NCBI GenBank assembly: GCA_030264375.1
Contig: JASCQW010000132.1
Coordinates: forward strand, 115,200,416-115,264,415
From: Carcharhinus longimanus
Taxonomy: Eukaryota
Direction: 5' to 3'
DNA: 64,000 nt
The notes beneath the pieces were generated by a model. That model was not told the origin of the DNA. It ran no database searches and saw only the letters and a list, made by a program, of their open reading frames with translations. A program made the translations under genes and the position numbers. Shown here one piece after another: positions 1 to 13,224 of this stretch (within the stretch, counting starts at the first letter, position 1; each line of letters starts with the position of its first letter).

Positions 1-146
1 CCAGGTTTTAGTCCAACCTATTTATTTGATAATATTCTCACAAGAGAATATTGTGAGAATATTATCAAATAAATATTGTGAGAATATTATCAAATAAATA
101 GGTTGGACTAAAACCTGGTGTTGTCAGACTTTTTACTGTGTATACC
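1..146. mobile_element. Penelope-derived short element, fold-back form, left end cut by window edge
   Basis: Perfect 43-bp inverted repeat (1-43 vs 76-118) and 25-bp tandem duplication (51-75, 76-100). The arm aaataaa..gttggactaaaacctggtgttgtcagactttttactgtg is shared with copies at 52.7, 57.8, 60.1 and 62.8 kb. Confidence 0.75.
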
Positions 147-1689
147 TGCCAAGCCATTGGAGTCAACTTCTCTTTTTACGTTTGCGTGGAAATAATCTTC
201 AGTATCTGTGCTTAAATCATTCTATGTATTTTTGTAATAATTAGGGATCAGAAAAAATGAAGATTCCTTCATGAATAGTGTCCATAATAAGAAAATGTAT
301 TGCAGATGTAAAAGAGGGTGTGTGAAGGAACGAAATGTGGGAAAATGTGTTCCATAAGTTTCAGTGCGGATGAAGGAGATGACCTATCTTCCAAAGACTT
401 CTTCCTGGATATTTATATTCCAGATGTTCTCTCTAGTAACTTAATCTGGTCACCCTACAGGATCTGCAACAGATTTATTTTCAGATAAAATGACATTTTA
501 ATAATGTGAAATAAATGTCCTGATCTGAAGGAGATTTTGGTGCAGTAAAGAAATGTATTGCATGTCAAGCATTGCCAATGTAAATGTTTATATTGGCAAT
601 GATGCAAATTATGTGGATTTTTTAAAAATGATGTTTGGTATTGTATCATCCTTCCTTCAGAAGGTCAAAGAAAATTTGAGTTTAGTGTTGCTTTGAATAA
701 AAGTTCTTGCAGGATGGAAACTCCCATTCTGTTTCACTGCTGATCTAACCTGTAATTTTGGAAGTATTTGCTGAGCTATATAACACGCGTAATGTCCTGT
801 GTTCTGCTATGCCTGTGTCTTTAAAATCTACCTTTTGTATATTGTGTCACATAAATCTGCAAGGCAGTAATCTCGCCAAGTAGATTGTTTATCACCTGAA
901 CTCAGAGACTGATTAATAATTTTCTGGTAAATATCTAGACATTTTCATTTGAATTTTCAAAACTTTACTCTTTTGTAAATATTTGGCAAATCCATTCCAT
1001 GTTTTGATTTGATATGTGGGTAATATCTCAGCCTTTTGGCTAAGATCAAATGTCAGATCAAGCTCAAGGTCAGGTGCAATGCTTTTTCTTGTCAGCTTGG
1101 ATCTTGTATGTCTCTCTCTTGTGAGGACTGTGCATTGGATTCAATTTGAATTTGGTTTTTGGAACCAGCAAGGAGATAGATTTGGGCTTGCCTGGTCCAC
1201 GCTGCACATTGGGTTTGTAACTTTTAAGAATAGAGTTTTTTTTTAATGTGCTCTTGTCTTCCATTTGGGCTGACAGGAGGAATGGTACAACTAGATGATG
1301 GGGTCCTGTTCCTAATTGGTTTGATAGTCAGTGAATAGTATTGCACGCACCTTTTCTTTGACCTGCTTTCATTCCTGGGTGTGGTTTGAGTTGTGAAGGG
1401 AGCTGGTTTGTGTTACTGAGTATCTAGGAAAGATAGTAATTAGTTTAAAAATAAACATTTTGATGGGAGCTGTTTATTTTACGACCGTGGGTTGGTGTAG
1501 ATTTCTGTGTGATCTTAAAGGGTAGAGCTGTACCATGTTGGATACTGATTGATTTTGTATTATGTAAATATAGGGACTTGCCCTCTTCCATTATCATCTA
1601 ACAAACCTCAGTAAACTGAAAGCAATAACTCTGTCAAAGAGCTTGCATCTTGTGACTGATAGATGAATGGAAACCGGTTCTTATTTGAA

Positions 1690-1918
1690 AATACCAACCA
1701 AGTCAAGAACAGCTTCTTCCCTGATGCCATCAGACTTTCGAATATACCTACCTTATATTAAGTTAATCTTTCTCTTCACCCTAACTATGACTGTAACACT
1801 ACATTGTACACCCTCTCCTCTCTTTTCCTTCTCCCCTATGTACTCTATGAATGTCATGCTTTGTATAGCGCACAAGAAACAGTAAGTTTCACATGTGACA
1901 ATAATGAATCAAATCAAA
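1690..1918 (+). mobile_element. Rex1/Babar LINE 3' end
   Basis: aagaacagcttcttccc..atcagacttt..ctatgactgtaacactacatt..tgtgacaataatgaatcaaatcaaa matches the reverse complement of the 3' end of the RT-bearing copy at 32928-33834. Confidence 0.65.
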
Positions 1919-4379
1919 GAATATAACTGCAGAAGAAAAAAAGTCCCAAAGCAACATTAAATGAACCTGTAATATGTTAACATTCAAGCAGCAGTGTAGT
2001 GAAAATCTATGAGCTGCCTTTTTTAAAACATAAAATGTCAATAAACAGAATATGTGCAGAAGTTCAACTTTAAAATCCTTCTGAGGGATTGCATTCTCAT
2101 AGTAATTAAAAGGCAAGGGGGATCATACCTAAAAGCACTAATTTAAATGACCACTTTGTTTTCACATTACAAATAAGAATGTTTTGTCTTTGGGATGACT
2201 ACCAAATGAAAATTTTTGAAGCTATTTGTATTGCATCAACTGCAATTTTTCCTCAATGTGTAATGCTCATAATGGAAAGAATATTGTACAGACCTTATAT
2301 TATACATTGACATTGCATTCATACCAAAAGTTTGATGTTGGTGCAAAGCAACTTTAGCTTTGCATGTTGGCTGGGAAGGAGCAAACTGACTTTGAAGCCA
2401 ACTGGAGCAAGAACCCTGCTTCAGGAACTCTTGCTTTGTTCCCATGCCTTGTCAGATCTTGGCATCAGATTCTGGCCACACATACACTATGACTGAACAT
2501 CAATGTGAAGTGCTTTGTATCCTTGCTACAGTCATAGTGTAAAAGCACCCCAAATCTTATGTCTCCAGCCCTCCAGTTCGCTACCAACCTCATTTAAAAT
2601 TATATTCTTACCTTTTTCATAGACTGCAATGGGAACTTGCTCTCCCGGCTACAGTAAATCCATCTGTGCAATAAGAAGGGAGGCCTTTGCGCATTCAGTT
2701 ACAGCAAAGGCATGCCTCTTTTGATGTCATGAGCTGAAGACTTGTCCCTTGAGGTTTGCCTTCAACTCAATGCAGCTAAATGTTGTGAGGATATGTGCAT
2801 GCATGTAATATAATGTAAGGTGCTCAACAGAGTTAAGACTGGAGAGTGGCACTGCCACTGCTGAGCACCATGAAAAAGAAACTAGAAAGTGAGAACATGT
2901 GCACTGAAGAATTGAATCAGGAGAATAAGACCTTGAAGAAGAAATTTACAGAAGAAGCTAAGAAGCGCAGTGTTTTTTGAATGGCACTACTACCATTCCT
3001 TCACACATGATAGACCAAGATGTGAAAGAATTACCAAGACATGAGAACATTGTGATAGGAAGAAAACATTGTATTATATTCTTTGTTAGCGGGGAAGAAA
3101 CCTTTGAAAAACAAAAGGGGATATGACGATCTGTGCCAGGATGCAATATAATGTAAGGTGCACAGCAGAGCAGGAGTTAACATGGGACTGGAGAGTGGCA
3201 TCACCAACGGTGTGATGTATGCAGTCATGTGGTCAGAGAACAGTTTAGAAAGAACTCTATAAGCAGCTTGCCTGGATTGTGGAAGCTACATCATGCAAGG
3301 CCATACTTGGAATTGTAATTAATTAAAGCCAACCAATAAAGGGGCTGGGGATGGAGAGGGGTAGATGTTGAGTTATATCAAAGCTGGGAGTATGAACAGA
3401 GCTGGGGTGCCAGGGGAAGAAAGTGCTGGAGGGGTGGGGAGGGAAATTGCCAAGGGTGCTGGGGTCTTTTGATACTCCTCCTGATTTCAAGGGCTGTGCA
3501 CCTGAGCAGGCTCTATGTCGAATAGAAACAGCCTGAAATAAATCACTAAACATTTAGATCATTCCTGGGCCACCAGCCCAAGTTTACAAACTGACAAGCC
3601 CTGGTGGAACCTATGTGTTTTAAGAGGCACATTATTTAAATAGCTGCTTGGAAGTTGAAAATCTTCAACTACGTGTCTCTTTTTCCAAAGGTACTCAGGT
3701 ATGGTATTGCACGAGAAACCCAGATGAGTAATGAAATTGGATTCAGTAAACCTGGTGAATTCTCACCAGAAAAGAATGAAGGTGATAGCTGTTGAATTGT
3801 TATCAAAACTCAACAGGAAAGGGAGCTTTCCATCTCAATGTGGCCTGCCCTGTGCAATTCAAGGAATGCTGCCTTGCCAGTGTTCTCACGTTGTGAGAAT
3901 AAGCATAAAAATTGCCTATAATTGAGCAGCCAGATGGGTTCTCACCATTGTCAGAAGATCTGAGGTAGTAGCTGTTGCCAAAGGAGAGATAATTAATTTG
4001 ATTGGAAACTGAGGAAAGAATTCCACCATCAGGAAACATAACTTGAATAAATGCTAGAGAAATGAATGTATACAATAAAAGTGTTGAATTAGTGACAGAT
4101 TTCCAGGGAGAGACACTCCATTTTACATCATTTGTGCATCAAAGATCAGAAATGATGTTGATTTGCTTAATAAATTGAATAAGTGGATCACTTAATGAGT
4201 AAATTACAAAGATTCACTAACCCCTTAAAGACTTTGAAACCGGTTTTAATTTTGTGCAAGTGATGTTAAATGGCATATTGGAGAAATCAAAACCTTGAAA
4301 TAAAGTTGTTAAGAAAAAAATTAAAAGTAATCTTGTTTTATGCTTCTAGATGCAGAAATTCTAACTCCTGTTACCTCCA

Positions 4380-4710
4380 CAGCACCTTTCATTGTTCTGA
4401 AGAAATGTTTAACAGCAGCTTTAAATTAATATCTGCCTGTTTATCATTTTCAGTTGTCATGCACGCAAGTAATAGAGCAGCTGATCAACTGGCAAACATT
4501 TTTATTTCCCACTTGCCATGAATTATTAAAGCACCTGCTGTTAGACTATAACCAGAGCTGCTGTTAAACTCTGGCCAGAACTGCTGTTGAGTCTGAGGTG
4601 ACTTTTTAAAATTAGGAAATTAATCTCCCTCATCAAGAGCATCCACTGTCAGCTTGCTGCCTCTGCTGACAACAGAACCATTGATGGGAATTTAATGTGC
4701 AGGGAACCCA
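4380..4710. promoter_or_regulatory. Putative conserved non-coding element (enhancer-like)
   Basis: Repeat-free block with TAAT/TTAA cores, E-boxes (CAGCTG, CACCTG) and TGTCA/TGACA sites. Composition only; conservation not tested. Confidence 0.3.
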
Positions 4711-5569
4711 TATCCTATCACGTTGTGTGCACTATACTGGAGCATTGATCTACTGTGCCACCTGAAATATTTTATATATTTAAATTTGTCTGTCCTTTAC
4801 TGACAGGTTTTACATTTAAGATTCTGTCACGTAGAATATTTAAGAGTCCATGGAAGCATGTTTGGATTTACTTTAATGACTTTGAACTTTCCCAGCAAGA
4901 TAAATTATTTTTCAAAGGTGCTGCAGTTGACATCTCAAAGACTTCTCTGACAGGTAAATTAAATACAACATAATGATTGTAAGAACAGTTATGACATGTA
5001 AGTGAATATCATTACCTGCCCTATGCTCCTTTTGTACAGACACGTTGCACCTCAGCACTTTGGTGTTGATTACATTAAAGGCAGGGCTGATTGGTGGAAG
5101 AAAACAAAAAAATGTTCTCAACTTCATGGCGTTTATCTTTGCACGTACTGGCTTTCTTTCTGTCTGTATGAAGTAAACATTGATGCTTCGGATAATACTC
5201 ATAATCACACATTTCGTGATACTTCCCACAATAACAATAATAAAATGACAATAAAGAATTTCACGCACATTTTTCAGAATAGGTATGTTTAGGAATTACA
5301 TTGAATTTTTGATTTGCCTTGATTTAAAAATGTATCCTAAACTGCTTCTCCATCCTAACTTATATTTGTTTAACTGGCTTGTATTGTACATCGGAAAGTA
5401 TACGCAATACTGGCAATTTGATTGTGTCCCTTAATTTTAACCCCTCCTATCCCCCTTTTCACCTTTAAGAAGTCATTTTGATGTGGTGATATTTAAATGT
5501 TGGAAGGAATAGGTTCTAATGGATTGATTATTTGATAACTAGGAAGTATCAGTATAAACAATGGAAACA

Positions 5570-5701
5570 GGCTAGTATTTTCCAGTCCCACCTGCAACAG
5601 AACTGGAAATTCCTGCCTGAAGTCAACCAATCTTTGGTTCATCAACTTTTCTGACCTGCTCATACAATTCCTGTCATGGATGGGACTGGAAAATTCTGGC
5701 T
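5570..5701. mobile_element. MITE (Harbinger-type TIR)
   Basis: TIRs gctagtattttccagtccca / tgggactggaaaattctggc (18/20 match as inverted repeat). Confidence 0.65.
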
Positions 5702-6667
5702 ACAGTGTTTAGGTAGATACCAGGATGTTTTTATTTTCATTTAGTCATTGATCTCTAGAATAGATAACCAAAACATTATTTTTGGGTTCGTTATCATTCT
5801 TCAAAAGAAAGCTGGGCAAGTCCCTGAAAGTCAAAGATATCTCCAGTCATAGAACGTAGGTTGAGAAGTTACTGTTAATCAGTTATCACAGGCTGTAGGA
5901 GCTCCCTTAGTTTCCTTCAGGACTGGAGAGGAATCTTCCATAATTTTTTCCGAAACTGAACTAAGTTTTTTTTGCTTCTACCGTTAGGTTGCGGATCCAG
6001 GACATTCCCAGTCTGCGTGGTGTTACCTGTTCATTGTAAGGGAAAAAAATATATAAAAGGCTATGCAGAAAAATCAGGGACTGGGGATTAAATGGATGTT
6101 TTTTTGTGTGAGCCAGCACAGTTCAATGGGCTGAATTACTTTTCCTGTGCTGTAAAATGTTGTGGTTTCTATCCAATGTCAATTAGGCCTGTGTTATACT
6201 GTGCACAGTGACAAAAAATACACACAGCTTATTTACCAAAGAAAAAAAGGGTTTGTCAAAAGATTTTTCATCAGGAATGTACCTCTTTGAAATATAAGGT
6301 TATAACAAAAAAATGTATTCAATCACTTAGTCATTGACGGTTTGAGATTAAAAAAAATGATGGTTCGAGGAAAAAAAAATCACATTTATTCATAATAGAC
6401 TTATTTTGTGGAGTTTTTAAAGTCAGCTTTCAATTAATTCTTTGTAGCAGACCGTAACACAAATTTAGTGGCTCCTGTCTACATTAGATTAGTTCAATCT
6501 ATAAAGTAAGATACTTTTACTCCAAATGTTTGATATTACCTCAATACAGAGACAAACTTAAATTACAGTATTTAAATAATAATGAAGTAACAATGGTATA
6601 TATTTGTGCTCATGGTGTGTGCAAGAATAGGCTTAGCTGTGGACTGCAGTAGAAAGTTTATAGTCAT

Positions 6668-8680
6668 AGAATGGAACTTTCCCAAATTGCACTGAGTGCA
6701 GTAGCGGGGTGAATATCAGCCTTTTCCCTGCTCGCCACAATGGCGGGTTTTTGTGCTGTGTCAACTACTTCCAGCCTCATTAATTATGCAGGCATGGGAA
6801 ATATGCCATATCATGGGAGGACAACCTCGGATTCACCTGCAATGTCATTACCTCACCACTTCCTCAGTCCGGGTGCCATTTTTAACTGGCCGTTTTGAAG
6901 CCCAGGATTGCTTCACTGAAAACATAGCCTGGACAAAACAGATGGTGCAGAATTCCCCCCCTTCCCCCCTGCATGATATCCTGCACCCCAAACTGGACCT
7001 GTCTATTGAGGTAGTATGGGCTGAGATTAGAAACAGGAAAGGAGAGCTCACACTGTTGCGAGTTTTTTTTACAGGCCTCCAAAAAGTTCCAGAGATGTAG
7101 AGGAAAGAATTGCAAAGATGATCCTGGATAAGTGCGAAAGTAACAGGGTAGTTGTTATGGGGGACTTTAACTTTACAAATATCGATTGGAAAAGCTATAG
7201 GTCAAGCACGTTAGAGGGGTGAGTTTTTGTCCAATGTGTGCAGGAAGGTTTCATGACACAGTATGTAGATAGGCCAACAAGAGTTGAGGCTACATTGGAT
7301 TTGGTACTGGGTAATGAACCAGACCAGGTGTTAGACTTGAAGGTAGGTGAGCACTTTGGTGNNNNNNNNNNNNNNNNNNNNNNNNNNNNNNNNNNNNNNN
7401 NNNNNNNNNNNNNNNNNNNNNNNNNNNNNNNNNNNNNNNNNNNNNNNNNNNNNNNNNNNNNAGGTAGGTTCTTTACTCAGAGGGTAGTAAGGGTGTGGAA
7501 TGCCCTGCCTGCAGCAGTTGTGGACTCACCAACTTTAAAGGCGTTCAAATGGTTAGTGGATAGGCATATGGATAACACTGGAATAGTTTATGTTAGAGGG
7601 TCATTAGATTGGTTCCACTGGTCAGCGCGACATTGAGGGTCGAAGGGCCTGTACTGCGCTGTAATGTCCTATGTTCTAAACTGGCCACAGGAGAGGCAGC
7701 AACATCACCAATCCAGTGTGGGAGGTGGTGGCAGAGTGGTCAGTGCTAATGCTGCCCCAAGAGTTCATCCATCCAGTGCAGAAAGGGGATGAATGAAGCT
7801 ATCCGTGCAGCCACGGTAATGCAACTATCTCATCACTCTCAACTGACACACTCACAAGCCCATCACTGGCTTGTCACTCATTGCCAGTTCAAGGGATATC
7901 ACTACTCACTTTCTCACATATACCCTTACATCTCCATCACCCTTACATCTCCTCTAGAGATTGCCTCCTCACCCCATCCATGGTTCCATTCAGCGCATGC
8001 ACCTGACTTTCTTCTCATTTAGTCTGGCATGCACCTTGCTCAGACTCACTCCATCTGCCTTTATGAAGGACAGGATCATGCACAATAAAAGGAAGGGGTC
8101 CCAAACCTGGGGTGGAGGGTCAGACATCAGGGAAGACCATACTTTACAGCTGGCCCGAGAGGATGCGGACCATATGCATTACCATCAGTCCGAGCTGCCT
8201 TGCCTTGCCTCGCCCCGCCTCGCCCCAGCCATGGTGTAGTCGTTGCCCCAGCACTGCACCATCAGCCAGGAAAAAGCCTGAATGTCCAGCGCCTATTCCT
8301 TGAAGTCAGTGATGACCTCCACGAATACTGCACAGGGTTGTATGCACTCACATCCAAATACCCCTCAAATTTATTTTTGCTGGGTGCATGCCTTTGAAAG
8401 GCAGCTATGTATCACATTGTTCTGAGGTGAAGACATGTGGAAGGTAAATTCTATGTGGGGGAGATGATTCTGGCAGGCAGGCAAGGTAATAAGATGTTAA
8501 TGCATTCAAATTGTATTACCAACAACAGTAAGAAAGGTGACAGCCCACCATTGATAGATACAGGGGATGACCGCTGACTGGTTTCACAACAGCGTAAAAC
8601 CAATTGTTGGCCTTCCCTCCATATTGTTCACTCAAGTTACCAAGCATGCCTGCCACCAACAGGGGCAGAAAATTCCACCC
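6668..8680 (+). mobile_element. Decayed PIF/Harbinger element with Myb/SANT (trihelix) gene remnant, split by a CR1
   Basis: 7681-7820 reads SNITNPVWEVVA..VSANAA..IQCRKGMNE, then a gtaa donor. ~8065-8130 reads KDRIMHNKRKGSQTWGGG, like the (AHN.RE..TGGG) motif of Harbinger Myb proteins. TIR-like gaaaattccaccc ends at 8680; the right end may be a separate MITE. Confidence 0.6.
6997..7677 (+). mobile_element. CR1 LINE, 5'-truncated, interior lost in a gap
   Basis: Endonuclease motifs IEVVWAEIRNRKG, VVVMGDFNF, PTRVEATLDLVLGNE; C-terminal FFTQRVVRVWNALP; tail cgaagggcctgtactgcgctg..ctatgttcta; TSD aaactgg at 6990-6996 and 7678-7684. Confidence 0.9.
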
Positions 8681-10379
8681 ATAGTTTATTTTAAAGATCT
8701 TAAAGTTAATACATATATATATAAAGTGTACTCTCAATTGTGACTGAAGTACTAATTTCATGTTCAGCTTACATCCATGAAGTGCTGTATTAACTTATTC
8801 CAAACTTCTCAGTCACATTGAAAGCAACTGATCAGAGTTCAGTGTTTGCAAATAGTATTTTGNNNNNNNNNTGTAATTATCAACGATGCAGTTGAATTGG
8901 TGGAAGGTGTCACTGAGAAGCTATGGGACAAAAATGCATGGTAGTGCATTCATTATCATCTCCTTCACCCGTGTTCATCAATGAAACACTAAGTACAGTG
9001 AGTTCTAAAGAAGAATGCTGACTGGAAATGTTAACCTGCCTTTGGTGGACACGATATGTGCCCTGAGCGATTTCTGTTTTTATTTTAAATATCCAGCAAT
9101 TTTTTCTTTTTTTCCAAGCACATTGGGGATTGGAAAAGGAAGAATACGGTTTAAATCTATTTGAGATCAGTCAAGCTCTTATAGTTTACTTTGTATATTT
9201 ATTTTTAATGAATATTTGATTAAGAAAGCATGCATCAGTTCAAAATGTCTTTTGAGGATATTTGTTCTAGATTTAAAACCTCCATTTAAATAAATAGCTC
9301 AGGCCTTTAGTTTGAGATGCAGAAATAAAAATCAAGAATTTTGTTATCTTTTCACATTTGGTATTTTCTAGTTTAATTTATACAGACTTTGTGGATGTTG
9401 CATGTCTCTGCTGATCAGACTAGTGCTGTTTGGAAAGGAGGGGTAAGTGGTGCAAGCATGTGGTTTTTCTGAGTTGTTAAGCTCAAGAGGAAAGAAATAG
9501 AACCTGACCCTTCAGTTCAGGGACACTGAAATTAGTTCTTTTGAATTGTTCGTTAAAAAAATTACATTTCTCACATTTCCAGCTGAACTAAAATGTAGAT
9601 ATAATAGCCGCAAAGATAGATTTATTCTGTGAACAACCATTGTTTCTGATTTCTCAAAAAAGGGTTTTAAAAATAAAGATTTGAGTCTCTTTGGCCCTTT
9701 CTTCTGTCCCTCTTCTAACGTTGCCCTCCTTCTACCATTGCTCCTCTCCCTTCCCCGTATTATTTTCTACTGTTTTGATCTGTCTTTTCTACAACCTCAC
9801 ATCTTTTTCTAACTCAGAAGGAACACTTGTACATAGTTTTTTTTATTAAAAAGCACTTAAAATAAGTTTCCAGATTCTGTTCTTGACTTGTTGTTTTGAA
9901 ATCTCTGAGAAACCATAATAAGATGTGGCCTTTTCTTTATCTTGTGGCCAAGAAACACATTTCTCAGAATCAATTTACTCTTTCTCATCTGAGCACCTGA
10001 ACATCCCCACCATCTTTAAGAGTCTTTGAGTGAAGTTGCCAGTGACCGGGGCGCGGTGGGGGAGGTTGGAGAGACACAAAAACGTCAGAGAATTCCGTTT
10101 GCCTGATCTTGAATACACACTATCACTCTGTAAAGACACACCTCAGTGTCCAGATTCATAATGTTTGAGGTCGTACACAATAATCATGCACTTTCTAGTT
10201 TAGTAGCATTTTAAGACAAATTATTGAAATAGATTTCAGGCTGCTGGCATATCACAGAGAAAACATGCTAAGCAAAACTATATTAGAGGTTAAAAAATCC
10301 AGTCTGTGCAACTCTGGCGAAATTTAAATCATTTACACTTAACATTAAAAATTTTGGCATTGATTATTCTACAGTAATT

Positions 10380-10820
10380 GAAAAATAAACTTAAATTTGC
10401 AGCCAACACATGCATACTATGAGACCCTCGTCGCTGAAATAAATTATCCCCACTGTCATTATATATCAAAGTAAAATGGCAGGATCTGCTAAATGCCATT
10501 AATGTAGACTTCCTAAAAGGTCCAGCTGTTGCTGAAGTCCTGCAGCAAAAATGACAGCAAAATTAGCACATTCTCTCCCTTTTAAACATCTACATTTAGT
10601 TCATTAACTGCAAATTTCCAAATCCTCCTCGTTATTTTAAAAGAAGCTGCTTCAATTGTGAATTATTGCCTTATTGTCTAGTTTCTCACAATTAAAAAGC
10701 AGATTAGCTGTCAATTAACAGATTCCTCCTCTACCTATCATTTAGAAAAAGAATCACATTCACTTACCACTTAAAAGGCATCTAGTTGTGTGAGCAACTT
10801 AATTGTGAAAAGAAATGATT
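10380..10820. promoter_or_regulatory. Putative conserved non-coding element
   Basis: Unique sequence dense in homeodomain (cattaatg, caattaa), TALE (tgacag, ctgtca) and E-box (cagctg) motifs; inference from composition. Confidence 0.35.
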
Positions 10821-10959
10821 TTTTAAAAAAACATGGAACACAATATATTGCACAAATAATATCAAATCATTAATAACATAAAAGCATAAATAACAATGAA
10901 TATACTGCATTCCTGTTCTTAGAAGTCACATTTTTATATCTGCAGAGTTTGTGTCGTGC

Positions 10960-11342
10960 TTCATCTGGTTAGCTAAAATTTTGCAGATATGAAATTCAGC
11001 TCCTGGAGACTGTTTGGCCAACCAATTATCTCATAGCCAATCTGTATTTTAATTCCATTTATTAACTTGGTTCCAAAACCCTTTAGTACCTTGTCTGAGA
11101 AAAAGCTATCAATCTCAATTTTGAAATATTCAGTGAATCTAGCTGTAATATGTTTATGGAAGAGCAAGTTTCAGATTTCCACTGCCCTTTACACGAAGAA
11201 GTGATTTCTAACATTATCCCTGAATGGCTCAGCTCCAATTTTAAGGTTTTTTGGGTCTTGTCCAGTAAAAGAAATAATTTCCCCCTCTCTGCCGTATCAA
11301 ATTTTCTAAGCATCCTAAGCTCAATTTGGTCATCCTTAATCA
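10960..11342 (-). mobile_element. Old CR1 3' fragment
   Basis: Reverse strand resembles the CR1 ORF2 C-terminus (FKIEIDSF, KGFG) and 3' UTR. Confidence 0.6.
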
Positions 11343-11349
11343 AGGCAAT

Positions 11350-11800
11350 GTAACAACAACTAACATTCATGTAAAAGCTTTAACTTAGTGAAACATCCCA
11401 AGGCACTTCAGTAGAATGATAGCAAATAAGTTTTAACAATGTGATATATGAGGGGATAATAAGACAAATCTTGCACAACCAGGTAGGTTTTAAGAGTCTT
11501 AAAGGTGGTGAGAGAGATAGCTTGATGGTGAAATTTAGGAAGGGAATTCAAGACATTGAGGTCATGAAAGCACATACCAGGAGAATTATTAAAAATGGGT
11601 TGTTCAAGAGGTACAATATGAAGAAGTGCAGAGATCTCGTTATCTTACGGTAATGGAGGAGGGTACGGAAAAGGAGAGGTGCAACATTATGTGGGATTTG
11701 GAAACGAGAATGAAAATTTTAAAATCAAATTTTACCAAATGGAGCCAAGGTAGCTTAGTGAGAACAGGAGTGATGAGTGAATGTGATTTGATTTGAGACC
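11350..11800 (-). mobile_element. L2 LINE 3' fragment
   Basis: acaacaac..catcccaaggcacttca is the reverse complement of the L2 tail seen at 14150-14207. Confidence 0.6.
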
Positions 11801-11814
11801 TTCATTCTGGACTT

Positions 11815-12085
11815 AGGGACGGCACAGTGGCTAGCCATCTCACAGCGCCAGGGATCCAGGTTTGATTCCCAGTTTGGGTCACTGTCTGTGGGAAATTTGC
11901 ACATTCTCCCAGTGTCTGTGTGGGTTTCCTCTGGGTGCTCTGGTTTTCCTTCACAGTTTGAAAGACGTGCTGGTTAGATGGATTGACCCAAACAGGTGCC
12001 GGAGTGTGGAGATTTGGGGAATTTCACAGTAACTTCATTGCAGTGTTAATGAAAGTCTTACTTGTGACTAACAAATAAACTTTAC
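11815..12085 (+). mobile_element. V-SINE (HE1-like head and core) with type-B tail
   Basis: tRNA-like head ggcacagtgg..ggtttgattcc; V core gggtcactgtctgtg..tttgcacattctccc..gggtttcctctgggtgctctggtt; tail tttcacagtaacttcattgcagtgttaat..cttgtgac..aaataaacttt. Confidence 0.85.
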
Positions 12086-12329
12086 TATAGTTAGTTGGTT
12101 TCAGCCAATTGCTCTAAGATTGACCACAGTGCCCTATATTAAGGAAGAGAAAACATTAGTCAGGCAATCCTTTTAATTATTTTCATCCAATGCTCCCTGT
12201 AACTTTCCTTTACCGTTGGTGCTACATGTTCCCTTCAAAATTGCTCATGACGTATTTGTTGTACTGTGAGGTATATTCAGGATTGCTTTGAAGCTGTACA
12301 CTCTCACGATTCAAATAACTGCCAGGCAT

Positions 12330-12620
12330 TGTTTGAAATTTAACAAGGCAGCTTGAACCTAATTTGGCAAGGCATTGCCCTGGGACTTGAATCAATGAGT
12401 AGCTTTTGTTTATTTTGTTTAGCTAAAATAGGCACAATGTGTATACATGTTCTTTCTGTTTGCAAGAGCAGGGCCTTGTGTATTAATGTATGTAGGTTCC
12501 AATACGTGCAAATGCACTGCACTGCGAGCACAATCATTAATTGATTATCAATGTAATTTTTAGTACATTGAAGATTATTTAGCAAGTGTTGTTCGATCAT
12601 GTTTATCTAATGTTGGACAC
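12330..12620. promoter_or_regulatory. Putative conserved non-coding element
   Basis: Repeat-free; tgtttat/tgtttag forkhead-like sites, acaat Sox cores, aatcattaattgattatcaat homeodomain cluster. Confidence 0.3.
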
Positions 12621-13224
12621 CGTGTTTTGAGTTTTGGGCCAGGAGCAACCAAACCCAACCAGCCTGTGCTTGCAAAATGTCCTGACAAAAAGCTTCAACC
12701 CTTCTCTTTTATCCTTCTATTTTATTCAGCAGTAAATGTATTGCAAATTCTCTCTCATATGTTTCCCTTGCTCTTTTAAAGATGCTGATTTACTGACTTA
12801 CTCTCTTCTGAGACCTAGTTCTATACAATCTGACCTCTTCCATGTCGCCATTCATCATGTTTGAACTCAGTTAGAGTTTGGCAGGCTGGTCAAAGTAGGT
12901 TGGCATCATAGCTGAACCAGATTTGATCCTCATTTAAATAAATTCAGATAAGACACTGCAAGCCATGTTGATTTTTCACGCTTGCTAATCCAGAATCATC
13001 AAAGTCAGTTGTGTTGCCTTACTGCTGCTCCAGATTGCAGATTATTTTAAGGAACCTATAGTGTTTTATTACGTTAGAAGCAATGCATATGGAAATGTAG
13101 CACATTACAGCCCAGTACTTCGTGCAGTTTGAATGTAGGAATGTGTACAATCCTCATAATGCCATTTCCTGATTTCACCCTCTTAGCTGTGAAAGAACAT
13201 GAAGCAGAGCTACATATTTTCTAG

